From NCBI GenBank assembly GCA_023264445.1, contig JAHFMN010000001.1:177878-241877 (forward strand): a DNA stretch of 64,000 bases, in the 5' to 3' direction. The DNA is from Candidatus Kaiserbacteria bacterium (lineage in GTDB: Bacteria > Patescibacteriota > Minisyncoccia > Phycocordibacterales > Phycocordibacteraceae). A model generated the notes under the pieces. The model made no database searches, was not told where the DNA came from, and saw nothing but the letters and a program-made list of their open reading frames with translations. Made by a program: the position numbers and the translations under genes. Numbering within the stretch: the first letter of the stretch is position 1; the number at the start of each line of letters is the position of its first letter. This document shows, piece after piece, positions 61,808 to 64,000 of this stretch.

Positions 61808-63964
61808 TTATGGCGTCGAGGGTATCGTGAGCAGATTCGCTGGGAATGGATTCTTGCCCGACTTTAGGGCTGTGATCTGGGGAGCGATTGTTGTTGCATT
61901 CTCGCTTGAGAGCGCAGCGATTGCCTGCAGTTGTGCAAGCGCAGCCGACATATTCCCCTGCTTCGCATAGACTGCTGCCAGGAAGTAGCGAGCATTCGCG
62001 AATTCTCCATTCGCCGAGATGGAAGCGGAAAGGGCTTCGACGGCACCCGGGAGGTCGTTCGACGCCGCTCGCAAGATACCGACCTGGAGGAGAATGCTCG
62101 GATCGTTCGGCGTGAAGTACGCAGCGGCAAGTGCGGCATCGAGCGCCTCTTTTACATTGCCGTCCTGGACCTCAAGCTGTGAGAGAAGGAAGATGGCGGG
62201 AGTGTAGTCCTGCTTGAGCGTGATGGCCGCTTTGAGGTCTTCCTTGGCTGCTTTGATATCTCTGTGGGCGACATCGAGCTGTGCAAGGATGAACGGTATC
62301 TGCGGATTCGTCGGATTGAGCTCCTGCGCTTTTGCGTACGCAGCCTTGGCACTGTCATATGCGCCAGTTACTCCGAGTGGGACCGCTTGACTGTACAAGT
62401 TCCCGAGCACGAGCCAATTCTGGTAATCGGAAGGAGCAAGATTTGTTGCGGTAAGAGCGACACTGATGCCGGAAGAGAGCGTTGTTTGAAATGCTTTCTG
62501 AGCCTCCGCAAGCGGCATCGTCGTAGAATTGACTATCTGACCGAGACGTTCGCGCGCGGTGCTCGCAGAAATCTGATACGCCCCAGCAGAAGGTGCAAAC
62601 GAGATTGCAGTCTGCGCTGCTGCATCGGCTGCATCAAGATTGCCGGAAGCAAAAGCGGCTCTCGCCGATGCGAGCTGGGTCGTGGCGATATAGTGTCCGA
62701 CGAGCGCATAGGCGGTCACGACTGACGCCAGGAGCAGAATCGTCAGTGAGAAGACGATGATGAAGCCGAGTCGCGGACTTCGCGAGAAGATGACGCCGAA
62801 CTGACTGCTTCCGGTGCCGAAGCGAGTCATCGATATGAACACGCCGGCGAAGAGGAACATGAGCGCCAATATGATGACGTTCGGCAGATCAAAGATCGCG
62901 AGAACGAAGAGATAGATTGATGCAATGAAGGAAAGCAGTGCCGCATAGCGGGCAAACGTGTCTTGTGGAGTGCGCAGGACGAGCATCCGTACGCCGTAAA
63001 AGATAAACAGCGCGAAGAATGCGATCCATGCGAGTACGCCCACGAGCCCGGTCGTCGCTACGGATGTCGGGATGAAGCCGATACCGGAGGAAAAGTCGAG
63101 GTTCCAGAAGACGGTTGAGTTGAGCGCCGCATCGCGGTATTTCAGCCATTCTACTCCAAACGTGCCCGGGCCCGTACCGAAGACCGGAGCGGTGGAAAAC
63201 GTCTTTTGTGCGACTAGGTAGGTCGACTGCCAGGACGGACGGACGTTCAGTTCATTCACATGGAGCGTCTGCGCGAGAGCGCTGCCGAGCGTCCCGCCAA
63301 TGAGAAAGAACAGGGAAATGGCGAGTATGGCGAGCGGCAAGACGAGCGAACGGCTTCCCTCCTCACTTGTGAGCGGCTGTTCGTCAATGACCGTGATGTC
63401 GTCGAGGTCGCTGTCTGCCGTGTGAGATCTTCGTTGCATCACCGACTCAACGAAGAGTCCAAGCGATGCGAGGGCGAGCAACACCCAGACGAGAGAGACG
63501 TTTGCACTGGCAATAAGGACGAGCGCGCCGGCACCGCTTATAAGAAGCATGCGACGCGTACGCTCAGAAAGTTCCACCTCGCGCAGCGTGATGAGAATGC
63601 CGATAACGCCAAGACCGAGGAGAGAGGCGAGGTCTCTGAAGGAGCCGACGACCGAGAAGGACGGGGAGATGGTGCTTGGAGCGACTTGTCCGACAATGAC
63701 GATCAAGAGCTCGACGGCGACCACCGCACCAAACGCCCAGGCACAGACTTGTAGGAAGAAGCGTATCTGTTCGAGGTGTCGCAGCATGAGTGCGGCGAGG
63801 GTGCCGAGAACGGCCGCGATGAGCATGAAGCCGAGCGTATCCGACTCAAGCATCGTTCCCCAGAGTGCACTCGTAAACGGAATGCCGGAAAAAACAGATG
63901 AAAGTACGTAGGCGAGGACAGGAAGCCAGAGTGCACCGATAAGTATGGATGGCGGAAGAATCAC
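61808..63964 (-). CDS. O-antigen ligase (Wzy_C)-domain membrane protein fused to C-terminal TPR repeats
   Basis: 718 aa. N-terminal polytopic region with a large loop, then TPR-like A/L-rich repeats (AYAKAQELNP..., LGNLYSQ...). Confidence 0.65.
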   Translation of the reverse strand: MILPPSILIGALWLPVLAYVLSSVFSGIPFTSALWGTMLESDTLGFMLIAAVLGTLAALMLRHLEQIRFFLQVCAWAFGAVVAVELLIVIVGQVAPSTISPSFSVVGSFRDLASLLGLGVIGILITLREVELSERTRRMLLISGAGALVLIASANVSLVWVLLALASLGLFVESVMQRRSHTADSDLDDITVIDEQPLTSEEGSRSLVLPLAILAISLFFLIGGTLGSALAQTLHVNELNVRPSWQSTYLVAQKTFSTAPVFGTGPGTFGVEWLKYRDAALNSTVFWNLDFSSGIGFIPTSVATTGLVGVLAWIAFFALFIFYGVRMLVLRTPQDTFARYAALLSFIASIYLFVLAIFDLPNVIILALMFLFAGVFISMTRFGTGSSQFGVIFSRSPRLGFIIVFSLTILLLASVVTAYALVGHYIATTQLASARAAFASGNLDAADAAAQTAISFAPSAGAYQISASTARERLGQIVNSTTMPLAEAQKAFQTTLSSGISVALTATNLAPSDYQNWLVLGNLYSQAVPLGVTGAYDSAKAAYAKAQELNPTNPQIPFILAQLDVAHRDIKAAKEDLKAAITLKQDYTPAIFLLSQLEVQDGNVKEALDAALAAAYFTPNDPSILLQVGILRAASNDLPGAVEALSASISANGEFANARYFLAAVYAKQGNMSAALAQLQAIAALSSENATTIAPQITALKSGKNPFPANLLTIPSTP

Positions 63965-64000
63965 ATTTCCGCGCGCCAGGCGCGCGAGGATATAGAGTGC

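Noticed and set aside
1-64000. CRISPR arrays, rRNA genes, transposases or integrases
   Set aside because: No short direct-repeat/spacer periodicity, no rRNA-like conserved stretches, and no DDE/tyrosine-recombinase motifs in any supported ORF.

Overview
This 64 kb window is a gene-dense chromosomal segment with high GC (judged by eye). I infer it comes from a small-genome, CPR/Patescibacteria-like bacterium, because of the short IF-2 and ValRS, the many pilin-like paralogs and the one-domain-per-gene compactness.

I can support about 75 protein-coding genes. The housekeeping set includes gyrA, clpB, infB-rbfA, miaA, panD, pth, lepB, a divergent hisS-like gene, rpsU, ybeY, ftsA-ftsZ, trxB, rlmB, an nrnA-like DHH gene, tsaD, valS, lepA, murJ, rpsA, and an rpmG that is missing from the ORF track. 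There are 11 tRNA genes I folded by hand: Trp, Cys, Leu-TAA, Lys, Leu-TAG, Ser, Glu, Val, Phe, Arg and Gly. I also mapped several promoters and rho-independent terminators.

The accessory content worth a second look:
- A tandem array of six pilin-like paralogs (TrbC/VirB2 or CPR T4SS-pilin-like), plus a seventh copy elsewhere with a Cys-rich ectodomain.
- A 992-aa secreted protein with about 10 Cys-rich ~35-aa repeats, Ig-like domains and a C-terminal peptidoglycan-binding domain.
- A tRNA-Gly(CCC) nested between 12-bp perfect inverted repeats, themselves flanked by the 5' and 3' remnants of a second Gly-like tRNA.
- Two orphan micro-ORF transcription units (43 aa and 13 aa), each with an SD site and a terminator, in a 750-bp gap upstream of rpsA.
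- Two ~145-bp GC-rich structured elements, each closed by an 18-bp perfect inverted repeat, downstream of the GH130 gene and of rpsA.
- A tandem-duplicated GH130 protein.
- An HTH plus LAGLIDADG-like gene abutting tRNA-Trp.
- A partial SET-domain gene at the window start.

No CRISPR array, rRNA or recognisable transposase was found.
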